Positions 1 to 9,997 of a DNA stretch of 64,000 nt are shown piece after piece. Position numbers and translations under genes: made by a program. Source of the DNA: Abditibacteriaceae bacterium (GTDB lineage: Bacteria; Armatimonadota; Abditibacteriia; Abditibacteriales; Abditibacteriaceae); the NCBI GenBank assembly GCA_965277285.1, contig OZ255721.1, forward strand, positions 2,400,001 to 2,464,000. Direction: 5' to 3'. The notes beneath the pieces were generated by a model, which was not told the origin of the DNA, ran no database searches, and saw nothing but the letters and a program-made list of their open reading frames with translations. How positions within the stretch are numbered: the first letter of the stretch is position 1; each line of letters starts with the position of its first letter.

Positions 1-1652
1 CCGCGATACGGCGTCGACATCTGCGAATAGTTGTGCGTGTTGATATAAACGCCGCCCTGACGCCATTCCTTGGCGGCCAAAGGTTCCTGGGGATCGTCCG
101 TCAAAGCATGGCGCCGCTTGAACTTTTCCAGGCCTTTGACGAAGTTGTCATCCACAATGTAATCGTGCGAGTCGTAAACATCGGTTTCGAGTACTCGATG
201 GCTGTAACCCGAAGTATCGAGCACCGGACGCGACGTGTCCATCGCTTTGGCGGCCAGGAAAATGGCGCGCGTGGCGTCATCCAGAATCGTGATTTTGTCG
301 CCGATGGCTTGATGTGTTTCGTTCAGGCCGCACCAGCCGACAATCGAAGGATGCGAATAATCGCGCTCCAATTCTTCCAGCCATTGCGTCACATACGAAA
401 CCGTCGGCGTCTGGTGATTGTGTTGCGGCCCGTAACCGCTGCAACCCCAATCGGGAAATTCGCCCCACACCAGATAACCCAACTTGTCGGCGTGATACAA
501 AAAACGCTCTTCAAAGATTTTCTGATGCAATCGCGCGCCGTTGAAACCAACCGCCTGCGACAACAAAATATCGTTTTTCAAAGCCTCATCGCTGGGCGCC
601 GTCATCACGCCGTCAGGATAATAACCTTGATCGAGCACCAAACGTTGAAACAAAGGTTCGCCGTTCAGCAAAACTTTTTTGCCTTCAATCGCCAGCGAAC
701 GCAAGCCAGCGTAACTTTCCACGCGGTCGAGTACTCGATCTCCGTCCAGCAGTTCCAACGTGATGTCATACAAAAACGGATCGTCGGGCGACCACAAACG
801 ACGCTTTTCGGCGGGCACTTTCAAATCAAGTTGCGGAGACAAATCCAAATCGGCGCGCACCGTTGTTTCATCGAGCGTTTCGCCATTCGCTTTCAAAGTG
901 GCGCGCAAAGTCAGGCCGCGACGATTTTTAGTGAGAGGTTGCGCGATGCGAAAACAATTGTTCGCCAGGTCGGGCGTGATGCGGGCGCGCTTGAAGGAAA
1001 ACTCGTGAACTGGCTCCATCCACACGGTTTGCCAGATTCCGGTCGTGCGCGTGTAATGGCAGCCTTGCGAATAATATTTGTCCGATTGTTTACCTTTAGG
1101 CTGCGCGACGTTGTTGGTATCGCGGGCGCGCACCACCACGAAAACCGTTTCGCCCGGCTTGGCCACTTCGCGCAAATCGCAGACAAACGGCGTAAAGCCG
1201 CCGCGATGACGCACCACTTCGGTAATTTCAAAACCGTCTTGCACAACGGTGTGACCGACGACACTTTTCTGCACCGCTTCGCTTTGCTCTTCTTCTTTGG
1301 CGGCAATGACCAGCGCGCTTTCGGTAGCCGGACGCACGATCCACACCGTCGCATCATAATCGACGGCGCCGAAATGCAACAGCGCGTTGTGGCCTTCCCA
1401 TTCTGCTGGAATCGTGATTTCGCGGCGATACCAGACGGCGTGCATAAAATCTTTGTGGCCGATGCCCGACAAGTCGGATTCGGGGCAAAACGGAACCGTG
1501 ATCTTTTGTTGCAAATCACAAGTTTGCAGGCCGCGATCCAGGCCGCTGTCGCCCGCATCAATTTCAAACTGCCATTCACCATTAAGACAAAGCCAATCGT
1601 CGCGCCGAAATTGCGGACGCGGATACTCGGAACGCGGTAACGAAACACTCAT
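1..1652 (-). CDS. Glycoside hydrolase family 2 (beta-galactosidase/glucuronidase-like), 3' end runs off the window
   Basis: Manual translation from ATG at 1652 gives MSVSLPRSEYPRPQFRRDDWLCLNGEWQFEID, a typical GH2 N-terminus. Absent from the ORF track, presumably because its stop lies outside the window. Confidence 0.85.
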   Translation of the reverse strand, partial: MSVSLPRSEYPRPQFRRDDWLCLNGEWQFEIDAGDSGLDRGLQTCDLQQKITVPFCPESDLSGIGHKDFMHAVWYRREITIPAEWEGHNALLHFGAVDYDATVWIVRPATESALVIAAKEEEQSEAVQKSVVGHTVVQDGFEITEVVRHRGGFTPFVCDLREVAKPGETVFVVVRARDTNNVAQPKGKQSDKYYSQGCHYTRTTGIWQTVWMEPVHEFSFKRARITPDLANNCFRIAQPLTKNRRGLTLRATLKANGETLDETTVRADLDLSPQLDLKVPAEKRRLWSPDDPFLYDITLELLDGDRVLDRVESYAGLRSLAIEGKKVLLNGEPLFQRLVLDQGYYPDGVMTAPSDEALKNDILLSQAVGFNGARLHQKIFEERFLYHADKLGYLVWGEFPDWGCSGYGPQHNHQTPTVSYVTQWLEELERDYSHPSIVGWCGLNETHQAIGDKITILDDATRAIFLAAKAMDTSRPVLDTSGYSHRVLETDVYDSHDYIVDDNFVKGLEKFKRRHALTDDPQEPLAAKEWRQGGVYINTHNYSQMSTPYR

Positions 1653-1911
1653 TAAATCGAACCCCTTGCAAAACAATCCTCCTCAATATAACGCGCCCGG
1701 CACGCGATGTCAGGAGCCTAAGCCGCTTTCGAGTACTCGATTTCATCATTCGACTTCAAAAGCTTTGAAAAATCACAGAAAATAATTTACCGCGAACACT
1801 TGGCGCGCTACGGCGTCGGAAAGCGCAACCACAACGATGCGACAGGCAAGCGCAAGGCACCTTTTTTGCGACTGCGGCCAGCATCACACGTATCACTCCA
1901 GGAGGAATATC

Positions 1912-2223
1912 ATGTTGAAGAATGTCAACAAAACCGTCGCGCTGACAACTTTGGGCGTCATCGCACTGACCGCTTTCGGCGGCTTGAACACACCGGCGCA
2001 GGCCAGCACCAGCGGTCGTCGCAACACCACCTACGGGCTGGGCGCCGTCACAGCTTACGGTTTGCTCCGTCATAACAAAGGTTTGGCAATCGCGGGCGCC
2101 GTCGGAACCGGCATCGCTTACAGCCGCTACCGCACATCGCTCAAGCACGAAAAAGGACGCCGCTCTTCGTGGTATCGCCGCCGCTACGGACGCAACTGGC
2201 GCGCTCATTACAACAACGGCTAA
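1912..2223 (+). CDS. Small exported, Arg/Tyr-rich hypothetical protein
   Basis: GGAGG RBS at 1901-1905, ATG at 1912, signal-peptide-like N-terminus ending PAQA, terminator immediately downstream. Confidence 0.75.
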   Translation: MLKNVNKTVALTTLGVIALTAFGGLNTPAQASTSGRRNTTYGLGAVTAYGLLRHNKGLAIAGAVGTGIAYSRYRTSLKHEKGRRSSWYRRRYGRNWRAHYNNG

Positions 2224-2242
2224 TTCCCGTTGATAAAAAACT

Positions 2243-2283
2243 AAAGACTCGCCGCTTCATTGGTTTGAAGCGGCGAGTCTTTT
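2243..2283. terminator. Intrinsic terminator, probably bidirectional
   Basis: AAAGACTCGCCGCTTCA-ttggtt-TGAAGCGGCGAGTCTTT hairpin between convergent genes, with A/T tracts on both sides. Confidence 0.8.
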
Positions 2284-2302
2284 CGTTTGTGGAAGGTGTC
2301 AC

Positions 2303-2330
2303 GTAGGGGCGCATTACAATGCGCCCCTAC
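2303..2330. repeat. GTAG-type REP-like palindrome (family A)
   Basis: GTAGGGGCGCATT-ac-AATGCGCCCCTAC; relatives at 7823, 8657, 10920, 42019, 59457. Confidence 0.8.
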
Positions 2331-2350
2331 AATACTATCAAGTACTCGAT

Positions 2351-4129
2351 TTAGCGAATATACGCTTCGGTGACATACTGGCGCATCATGCGGTGCGTGT
2401 TGAAGTAACAGGCGTTTTTGCCAATCGCGCCTTTCATCACTTGAATCCAGCCGTGATGGTTGTCATCCGCGTAATACAACGGCAGCAGAACGTGTTCGAG
2501 TTTTTGGTACATATCCTCGATGTCGGCGCCTTGATCGTTTTCGACCAGGTTCGTTTCAATCGCAGCGGGGCCGATGCTCCATCCCGTCACGCCTTCGACC
2601 CAACCTTCGATCCACCAGCCGTCGAGCACCGAAAAGTTCGGCACGCCGTTGTGCGTCGCTTTCATGCCGCTTGTGCCGGAGGCTTCGCGCGGACGCATCG
2701 GCGTATTGAGCCAGGTATCGACGCCTGCGACAATTTTCAAGGCGAGCGCCATTTCGTAGTTCTGCAAATACACGACTTTGATTTGCCCCGACAAATTCTT
2801 GGCGCCGTTGAAGATGCTGTGAATCAAGTCTTTGCCGCCGCCATCTTTGGGATGCGCTTTTCCAGCATAAACAATTTGCAATTTGCCGCCGCCCATATTC
2901 GCCAAACGCTGCACATCGGCGAACAACAAATCGGCGCGCTTGTACGGCGTGGCGCGGCGCGCGAAACCGATTGTCAAAACGTCGGGCGACATATCAACGC
3001 CGGTGCGATTGCGGATTTCCTCGAACAGTTCAATTTTGGCGCCGCGATGGGTTTCCCAGATTTCCGCGTCGGGAATGTTGTCCACGCGCACGAACAATTC
3101 CGGCTCGTCGCGCCAGCCCGGAATGTATTTGTCATACAGTTTTTGCCACGAATGCTGCGTCCAGGTCGGCGAATGAACGCCGTTGGTGACGCTTTTGATG
3201 TCGTAACCAGGAAACATATTGCGCGATACTTCGCCGTGCTTTTTGGCGACGCCGTTATGAAAACCGCTGCAATTCAAGCCCAGCGTGCTCATGTTCAGTT
3301 CGCTTTCGCCGCCGATTTGCTTCAAAATGTCGAGAGGAAAGTAATCTCCGAGTACTCGATTGACGATGTCGTGCGAAAAGCGATCGTGACCGGCTTCGAC
3401 CGGCGTGTGCGTCGTAAAAATACACAGATCACGCACCGCGTCCACATCCCACACGAGTTTTTCGTCCCACACGCTTTCCACATCGCGCCTGCTGCGACGC
3501 AATAAATCGAGGGTCAAAAGCGCCGCGTGACCTTCGTTCATGTGATATTTGCGAATTGTGTAACCCAGTTCGCGCAGCATTTGCACGCCGCCCAAACCGA
3601 GCACGACTTCCTGTTTGAAACGATAAGTATCATCGCCGCCATACAAATGGTAGGTGATGCCACGATCCCAGGCGTCGTTTTCCGGCAGGTCGGTATCGAG
3701 AAAATAGACGGGTAAAACGCCGCCGGTCGAGCCTTTGATTTCGTACAACCACGGTTGAATCCACACGGTGCGGCCCTCGATGCGGACGCGCACACGATTG
3801 GGCAAAAGCGTCATGTGCTCGCTTGGATCCCAATCGACGGGATGTTCGCTTTGCCAGCCATCGCCCGAAATTTCCTGGCGAAAATAGCCCTTGCGATACA
3901 TCAACGAAACCGCGACCATCGGCAAATCCAGGTCAGCCGACGATTTCAAAGTATCGCCCGCCAAAACGCCCAGGCCGCCGCTATAAGTCGGAATGTCGGA
4001 TTGCAAACCGATTTCCATCGAGAAATAAGCGATGCGCGGGTCGCGTTCGTTTCCGTTATGGCTGTTGGACGAGCCTAAAATAGAGGCTGAAGTGTTGGCT
4101 TGCGAAGCAGTATGAGTTGACACGGACAA
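2351..4129 (-). CDS. glgP: Alpha-glucan (glycogen/starch) phosphorylase
   Basis: Motifs AYFSMEIG, YSGGLGVLAGD, HMNEGH, FARRATPYKR, EASGTSGMK. Confidence 0.95.
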   Translation of the reverse strand: MSVSTHTASQANTSASILGSSNSHNGNERDPRIAYFSMEIGLQSDIPTYSGGLGVLAGDTLKSSADLDLPMVAVSLMYRKGYFRQEISGDGWQSEHPVDWDPSEHMTLLPNRVRVRIEGRTVWIQPWLYEIKGSTGGVLPVYFLDTDLPENDAWDRGITYHLYGGDDTYRFKQEVVLGLGGVQMLRELGYTIRKYHMNEGHAALLTLDLLRRSRRDVESVWDEKLVWDVDAVRDLCIFTTHTPVEAGHDRFSHDIVNRVLGDYFPLDILKQIGGESELNMSTLGLNCSGFHNGVAKKHGEVSRNMFPGYDIKSVTNGVHSPTWTQHSWQKLYDKYIPGWRDEPELFVRVDNIPDAEIWETHRGAKIELFEEIRNRTGVDMSPDVLTIGFARRATPYKRADLLFADVQRLANMGGGKLQIVYAGKAHPKDGGGKDLIHSIFNGAKNLSGQIKVVYLQNYEMALALKIVAGVDTWLNTPMRPREASGTSGMKATHNGVPNFSVLDGWWIEGWVEGVTGWSIGPAAIETNLVENDQGADIEDMYQKLEHVLLPLYYADDNHHGWIQVMKGAIGKNACYFNTHRMMRQYVTEAYIR

Positions 4130-4262
4130 AATCGTTCTCCTTCAATTTCAAATAATAAGAGTATCAGATGTCGATTAACAATGCGTGAACGCAAAGCAAA
4201 TTGCGAGTACAGCCTAAGACAAAACTCACGAAGACTTCAACGCCGTCTTGAGCGCCACAAAC

Positions 4263-5594
4263 TTACAATGTTGTGCGGCCTGCTGACGCTTCGTCTGAAA
4301 CTGGCAGCGTGACGACAAAGCGCGCACCTTTCTCCAAGCCCTCGGAATGAACCGTCAAAGTTCCGCCATGAATTTCGACCAGCGATTTGCTGATGGCAAG
4401 TCCCAAACCCAGACCGCCGTGGCGCCGCGTAAACGAGCTATCGCCCTGGCGGAATAAATCGAAAACGTGCGGCAACAATTCGGGCGCAATCCCTGCCCCG
4501 TTGTCCTCGACTTCGACAATCGCCCATCGAGTACTCGAAATCAGTGACGGCGGCAAAGCCTGGTTTTCGCGCGAAGCGTTTTCCAATCGCGTGCGCAAAA
4601 CCACAAACGAACCCGGCGCAGAAAACTTGGCGGCGTTCGCCAACAAGTTCATCAGCACTTGTTGAATGCGCTCGCGGTCGAGCAATAAAAGTGGCAGGTC
4701 GGGCGCCAGGTCGCACTTGAGGCGCACGCCATATTCGCGCGCCTGATCTTCCACCGAATGCGCCGCGAACTGCGCCGTTTCGTTCAGGTCGCACAAACCT
4801 TTTTCCGTGCGCAATTTGCCCGAAACGATGCGCGTCGTATCCAACAAATCGCTGACCAGGCGTTTCAACAATTCGGCGTTGCGCTCGATGGACGTGACAG
4901 CTTGTTTCAAGACTTCTGGATTGCTGCTGCCGACTTGTTGCAGCAAACTCGCCCAGCCCAGAATCGGCGTCAAAGGCGTGCGCAATTCGTGGCTCAGAAT
5001 CGCCAGAAATTCGTCCTTGCTGCGATTCATTTCGCGCAGTTCGCGCGTCAGGCGGCGCTCGTCCGTCACGTCGTGCAGTGTCAGCACTGAACTTAACTGC
5101 TCGCCGTGTTCGTTGAGAATGGGCGCGGCACTTACCTGAATCACAAACTCCACTTCCGCAGAAACCGGCACGATAATGTCTTCGGCGCGAATCGTTTCGC
5201 CATATACAATCGCGCGCACCAAAGGCAATTTTTCGTGCGCGTATGGCTTGCGCTCCGCGTCCAACAATGTCCACGGTGGCGCAAATGTCGTCAAATTTCG
5301 GCCCACCAGCGAGGTTGCCATAATGCGCCGCGACGCCGCGTTTTCAAAAATCACGACGCCGCTGCGATCCACCATCAAAACGCCGTCCGCGATGTGCGAC
5401 AAGATTGTCTGCAGTTGCGAATGTTGCGAATAATGCAATGTGTGCGCGCTGAAATCGGCTTTGCCAGCCAAACTCGCACCACTTTGAGCGCTCGCAGTTA
5501 AATCCTTCGCGCTTAAATCCTTCGCGCTTGAGTTAGAGGACGCAACAATATCTTGAATATCGTCGCCCGCATTGTGGCTTTCAGGGTTTGGCAT
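4263..5594 (-). CDS. PAS-domain sensor histidine kinase
   Basis: H-box LSHELRTPL, N-box NLLANAAKF, G-boxes DNGAGI and GGLGLGL; N-terminal PAS-like region. Confidence 0.92.
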   Translation of the reverse strand: MPNPESHNAGDDIQDIVASSNSSAKDLSAKDLTASAQSGASLAGKADFSAHTLHYSQHSQLQTILSHIADGVLMVDRSGVVIFENAASRRIMATSLVGRNLTTFAPPWTLLDAERKPYAHEKLPLVRAIVYGETIRAEDIIVPVSAEVEFVIQVSAAPILNEHGEQLSSVLTLHDVTDERRLTRELREMNRSKDEFLAILSHELRTPLTPILGWASLLQQVGSSNPEVLKQAVTSIERNAELLKRLVSDLLDTTRIVSGKLRTEKGLCDLNETAQFAAHSVEDQAREYGVRLKCDLAPDLPLLLLDRERIQQVLMNLLANAAKFSAPGSFVVLRTRLENASRENQALPPSLISSTRWAIVEVEDNGAGIAPELLPHVFDLFRQGDSSFTRRHGGLGLGLAISKSLVEIHGGTLTVHSEGLEKGARFVVTLPVSDEASAGRTTL

Positions 5595-5828
5595 AATGCT
5601 AATTGTAACTTATATTTGTGCCATAAATAAATTGTGTCAAGCCACCGAATTTGCAGTTGTGGCGTCGCGCACAATTTTCGCAACGCGTCATGTCCATGCT
5701 GGTGTGTCCATGCTAAAATAACTCGCGCTCCGAGCTAAAATCGCTCTTCGTTTCTTCCGCTTTGTTCGTTTCCGTCGCTCGCTCGGTATCGCTCGTGCGG
5801 TATCGAGTACTCGAAAAGGAGTTTCGCC

Positions 5829-7781
5829 ATGACCCAGGACGTTTCCCCCAACGCTTCGACCAACGCTTCCAGTGACACCAATTTGTCGTCGCTGCAAAAA
5901 GAAGGCGAAGTTTTTCAGCCTTCGTCGGCAACACTGGCGCGCACGCACACACCGGATTTCGACGCGTTATGCGCGCGCTCCATCGAAAACCCCGCCGCGT
6001 TTTGGGACGAACAAGCGAAAACTCTCGATTGGATTTCCCCGTGGAGCGAAACCTTGCAATGGACGGAATCGCCGCCCAGCGTGAAATGGTTCGTCGGCGC
6101 GCAGTGCAACATCACCTTGAATGCGTTAGATCGTCACGTTCAAAACGGCAAGCGCAACAAAGTCGCGTTTTTCTGGGTCGGCGAAGACGGCGATGCGGTC
6201 GCCAAAGAACGCGTTTTTACTTATGGACAATTGCTGCGACGCGTCAATCAATGCGCCAATGCCTTGAAAAAACTCGGCGTCAAAGAAGGCGATAAAGTCA
6301 CGTTGTATATGGCGCTGACGCCCGAACTGCCGATTGCGATGTTGGCCTGCGCGCGCATCGGCGCCATTCACACCGTTGTTTATGGCGGTTTTTCGGCTCC
6401 AGCGTTAAAAAGTCGCATCGAAGACAGCGAATCCAAAGTCGTGATTTGCACCGACATCGGTTATCGCAGAGGTCGTCGCATCGACCTCAAAGGCGCCGTT
6501 GATGAAGCGGTGCGCGGCCTGCTTCAAGTCGAAAAAGTGATGGTTTATCGTCGTGGACACACGCCTCTCGAACTCGATCCCGGCCGCGAAATTGATTTCG
6601 ACAAAACCCTCAATGCGGAAAGCGACGTATGTGAAGCGACGCCGCTCGATGCCGAGGCGCCGCTGTTTTTCCTTTTCACCAGCGGCACGACCGGCAAGCC
6701 CAAAGGCGTCGTTCACACGCACGGCGGCTACATGGTCGGCACCAGTTACACGCATCGCATTTGTTTCGATGTCCACGACGACGATATTTATTGGTGCACC
6801 GCGGATCCGGGCTGGATTACCGGCCACAGTTACGTGACTTATGGGCCTTTGATTAACGGCGCTACGGTTTTGCTGGTCGAAGGCGCGCTCGATTTTCCTG
6901 ACCCGGGACGTTGGTGGAGCGTGGTCGAAAAATACGGCGTCAACATCTTTTATAGTACGCCGACGGCGATTCGCGCCTTGATGCGTTTTGGAGAAGAATA
7001 TCCCGCGAAATATAATTTGTCTTCCCTTCGAGTACTCGGAAGCGTCGGCGAGCCGATCAATCCCGAAGCGTGGCTGTGGTTTCACAAGTACATCGGACAC
7101 GAAAAAACGCCGATTGTGGATACGTGGTGGCAAACCGAAACCGGTCAGTTTATGATTGCGACCGTTCCCAGTTACCCGACCAAGCCAGGTTCGCCAGGAA
7201 AAGCTTTGCCAGGAATCGAAGCCGCTGTTGTCGATAAAGAAGGACTGGAAGTCGAAGCCGGAAAAGGCGGATTTTTAGTTATCAAAAAACCGTGGCCGGC
7301 GATGATGCGCAGCATTTACAAAGACGACGAGCGCTACGAAAAATACTGGACTTTGATTCCGGGCTTTTACGCGGCGGGCGATGTGGCGACGCGCGACGAA
7401 GACGGTTATTTCCGCGTCATGGGGCGCGCCGACGACGTGATGAACGTGAGCGGTTACCGCATTGGCACGGCTGAAGTCGAAAGCGCTCTGGTCAGTTTCC
7501 CCAGCGTCGCCGAAGCCGCGGTGATTGGCAAGCCCGATTCGTTGAAAGGCGAAACGATCAAAGCGTTCGTGATTTTGCGCGAAGGCCAGGAACCGTCCGA
7601 AGCGTTGCTCAAAGCCTTGAAACTCCATGTGCGCGAAGAACTCAGCCCGATTGCGGTACCTTCGGAGATTGATTTCGTGCAAAGTCTGCCGAAAACGCGC
7701 AGCGGAAAAATTATGCGCCGCGTCTTGAAAGCGCAAGAACTGGGCGTCGCGCCCGGCGATATTTCAACGTTGGAAGATTAG
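5829..7781 (+). CDS. acs: Acetyl-CoA synthetase
   Basis: TSGTTGKPKG, WCTADPGWITGHSY, GSVGEPINPEAW, DTWWQTETG, PKTRSGKIMRR. Confidence 0.95.
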   Translation: MTQDVSPNASTNASSDTNLSSLQKEGEVFQPSSATLARTHTPDFDALCARSIENPAAFWDEQAKTLDWISPWSETLQWTESPPSVKWFVGAQCNITLNALDRHVQNGKRNKVAFFWVGEDGDAVAKERVFTYGQLLRRVNQCANALKKLGVKEGDKVTLYMALTPELPIAMLACARIGAIHTVVYGGFSAPALKSRIEDSESKVVICTDIGYRRGRRIDLKGAVDEAVRGLLQVEKVMVYRRGHTPLELDPGREIDFDKTLNAESDVCEATPLDAEAPLFFLFTSGTTGKPKGVVHTHGGYMVGTSYTHRICFDVHDDDIYWCTADPGWITGHSYVTYGPLINGATVLLVEGALDFPDPGRWWSVVEKYGVNIFYSTPTAIRALMRFGEEYPAKYNLSSLRVLGSVGEPINPEAWLWFHKYIGHEKTPIVDTWWQTETGQFMIATVPSYPTKPGSPGKALPGIEAAVVDKEGLEVEAGKGGFLVIKKPWPAMMRSIYKDDERYEKYWTLIPGFYAAGDVATRDEDGYFRVMGRADDVMNVSGYRIGTAEVESALVSFPSVAEAAVIGKPDSLKGETIKAFVILREGQEPSEALLKALKLHVREELSPIAVPSEIDFVQSLPKTRSGKIMRRVLKAQELGVAPGDISTLED

Positions 7782-7786
7782 TCTTC

Positions 7787-8731
7787 AACCGCAGAGGCGC
7801 GAAGACGCAGAGAAAGGGAGTTGTAGGGGCGTCAGCTTGCTGCGCCCGTGTTTCTGCAATCGAGTACTCGAAGTGAAGGAGAATGTTATTTCGCGCGATG
7901 TTTACATTGAAGCGAACGACGTTGGCGAATGGATGAACGTCAATTGCTTCGCGGCTTACGACGGCTTCACGCTTTTGGGCGATTATGTGCAAAAGTTTCA
8001 TTTGCGCGACTTGGACAAACTGCCGCTCGATGCTGCGACAATTGTGCATGGCAACATTGGAACCGTCTGCGCGGCGCTTCGACAAATCGGTATCGCGCCG
8101 CCCGCAATCCTCAATTTGCCGCATGAATTGGAGGCTTTTGCGGGACGTGCTGTGTGGGAAAGCACATTGGGCGAAATTCGCAAGTTGGAAAACCTTCCGG
8201 TTTTCATCAAGCCGATGCGCGAAGGAAAAAGCTTTACTGGACACGTTGTGTACAAGTTTCACGACTTGTTGGAAACATCGGCTTTCGATGACGATTACGC
8301 GGTTTGCGCACAGGGCGTTTTGTTTTTTCAAAGCGAGTGGCGCATTTTCATTTTGCGCGGCGAAGTGCTGGGAATCGGGCATTACAAAGGCGACCCTTTG
8401 CTGTTTCCTGATGCGAAACGAATCGCGGAAATCGTCGCGGCTTATCAAGATCCGCTTGTCGCGCACAGCGTTGATGTGGGCGTGGACGAAAACGGCGAAA
8501 CCTATCTCGTCGAACTGAACGACGCTTACGCGCTGGGACATTACGGCTTGCCAACTTACCGCTACGCCGCGATGATCAAAGCGCGCTGGGACGAGATGTG
8601 CCTTTCAGTTGCTCAAAGTCCAGCATAGAAAGCTGTCACAATATCGAGTACTCGAACACGGGCGCAGCAAGCAGACGCCCTTACGATTTATCGCTTGTTG
8701 TTTTTCTCTGCGCCTCCGCGACTTTGCGGTT
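7787..8731. repeat. Composite inverted repeats flanking the ATP-grasp gene
   Basis: 7788-7815 vs 8703-8730 (24/28 inverted match); 7823-7850 vs 8657-8684 (26/28); 12-bp palindromes at 7860 and 8644. Confidence 0.8.
7873..8628 (+). CDS. ATP-grasp domain protein (DUF4343/R2K-like); start uncertain
   Basis: PVFIKP, SEWRIFI, SVDVG...LVELND motifs typical of this ATP-grasp family. Confidence 0.75.
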   Translation: MKENVISRDVYIEANDVGEWMNVNCFAAYDGFTLLGDYVQKFHLRDLDKLPLDAATIVHGNIGTVCAALRQIGIAPPAILNLPHELEAFAGRAVWESTLGEIRKLENLPVFIKPMREGKSFTGHVVYKFHDLLETSAFDDDYAVCAQGVLFFQSEWRIFILRGEVLGIGHYKGDPLLFPDAKRIAEIVAAYQDPLVAHSVDVGVDENGETYLVELNDAYALGHYGLPTYRYAAMIKARWDEMCLSVAQSPA

Positions 8732-8739
8732 TATTCCTT

Positions 8740-9213
8740 ATGCCTGCCGATCTTTCGCCGTCCGCGCACTTATTGAGCTTGATTACAGCCGCCGTGACGC
8801 CGATTGTGTTGATTTCGGCGACGGCGATTTTGCTGTCGAATCACACCAATAAATACACCAACATTTCGACGCAGATGCGCGCTCTGACGCACGAATACCG
8901 CGATAAGGACACAACCAAGGAGCGACGCGCGACATTGCGCCGCCAACTGAACTTTTATCAGCGCCGCATTCATTTGATGTGGATCGCCAGCATTTGCCTT
9001 TATGCCGCGTTGCTCTGTTTCCTCATCACTGTCTTGTCACTGCTGGCGATTTCCGCCGCCAATGTAGTGCGCGCTGATGTGGTCGGCGAATTCGGCTTGT
9101 GTTTAGGATTGTTGCTGATTTTCGCAACCGTCGTTTGCGAACTGATTGAAGTGCGGCTGGCTCTGCATACTTCGCAGGAAGAATTGCTCGATATTTTGAC
9201 AGAAGGCCGGTAA
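8740..9213 (+). CDS. DUF2721-like membrane protein
   Basis: ITAAVTPIVLISATAILL N-terminal helix, charged linker with QL...RRI, two further TM helices. Confidence 0.7.
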   Translation: MPADLSPSAHLLSLITAAVTPIVLISATAILLSNHTNKYTNISTQMRALTHEYRDKDTTKERRATLRRQLNFYQRRIHLMWIASICLYAALLCFLITVLSLLAISAANVVRADVVGEFGLCLGLLLIFATVVCELIEVRLALHTSQEELLDILTEGR

Positions 9214-9223
9214 AGAACCTACA

Positions 9224-9964
9224 ATGCAGGAAGTTCTCAGTTCAGGAGGCATTATGCCCGATAATTCGCCGTTTACGTCCTCGTCGTTCCTTCCTGCTTC
9301 ACCCCTTGCGCCTGTTTCGCCACCTACGACTGGTGTTGCCACACCATCGCCGCTTTCGAGTACTGGATATGAGGCTGCGCCAGTAACTCCCACCAATCCG
9401 AACGGCGCGACTTCGTGGGGCGCCGACGCGCTTTCCGTGGCGAACGCGCCACCGGCTTCAACTGCGATGCCAACAAGCGGCAACGTGGTTCAGTTGGCAT
9501 TGGCGCGCAATTCCGGTGCAAAATGGTTTTACTGGATCGCGGCGTTATCGCTCATCAACTCGCTTTTAATGAGTTTCGGCGCCGATTTTTCCTTTGGCTT
9601 GGGATTAGGTTCGACGCTTTTGGTGGACGCAGTAGCCAAAGACCTCATCACCAAGCAGCCATCGTTGGCATCAGGCGCGCGCTTGATGGAAGTGGTTCTC
9701 GATTTTCTCATCATCGGCTGCTTTGCGCTGTTTGGCAGCCAAGCGTTGCGCGGCAAAAAGTGGGCGTTCATTTGTGGCGGTTTGCTGCTGGCGCTCGATA
9801 CCTTGCTGGTACTGATTTCCACCTTATGGTTCAGCGTAGCGATTCACATTTGGGCGCTGATCGCCATTTATGCGGGCTACACCGCCAACCAGAAAATCAA
9901 TGCGCAGATCGCCGCGAAAGCTAATCCACACGACGCATGGACGCCGCCCTTGCCTAATCCGTAA
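9224..9964 (+). CDS. Hypothetical membrane protein with Pro/Ser/Thr-rich N-terminus
   Basis: SGAKWFYWIAALSLINS motif followed by several TM segments. Confidence 0.7.
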   Translation: MQEVLSSGGIMPDNSPFTSSSFLPASPLAPVSPPTTGVATPSPLSSTGYEAAPVTPTNPNGATSWGADALSVANAPPASTAMPTSGNVVQLALARNSGAKWFYWIAALSLINSLLMSFGADFSFGLGLGSTLLVDAVAKDLITKQPSLASGARLMEVVLDFLIIGCFALFGSQALRGKKWAFICGGLLLALDTLLVLISTLWFSVAIHIWALIAIYAGYTANQKINAQIAAKANPHDAWTPPLPNP

Positions 9965-9997
9965 TTACATTCTCATTCAGGACTCGATTTTTCTCTT

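Noticed and set aside
33..1640. 535-aa plus-strand ORF
   Set aside because: Antisense shadow of the GH2 gene on the minus strand; no recognisable motifs.
2393..3505. 370-aa plus-strand ORF
   Set aside because: Antisense to glgP.
5496..5528. 15-bp duplication in the kinase N-terminus (and the LRPPSVPL duplication near 20080-20135)
   Set aside because: Two-copy slippage in a likely disordered region; ordinary.
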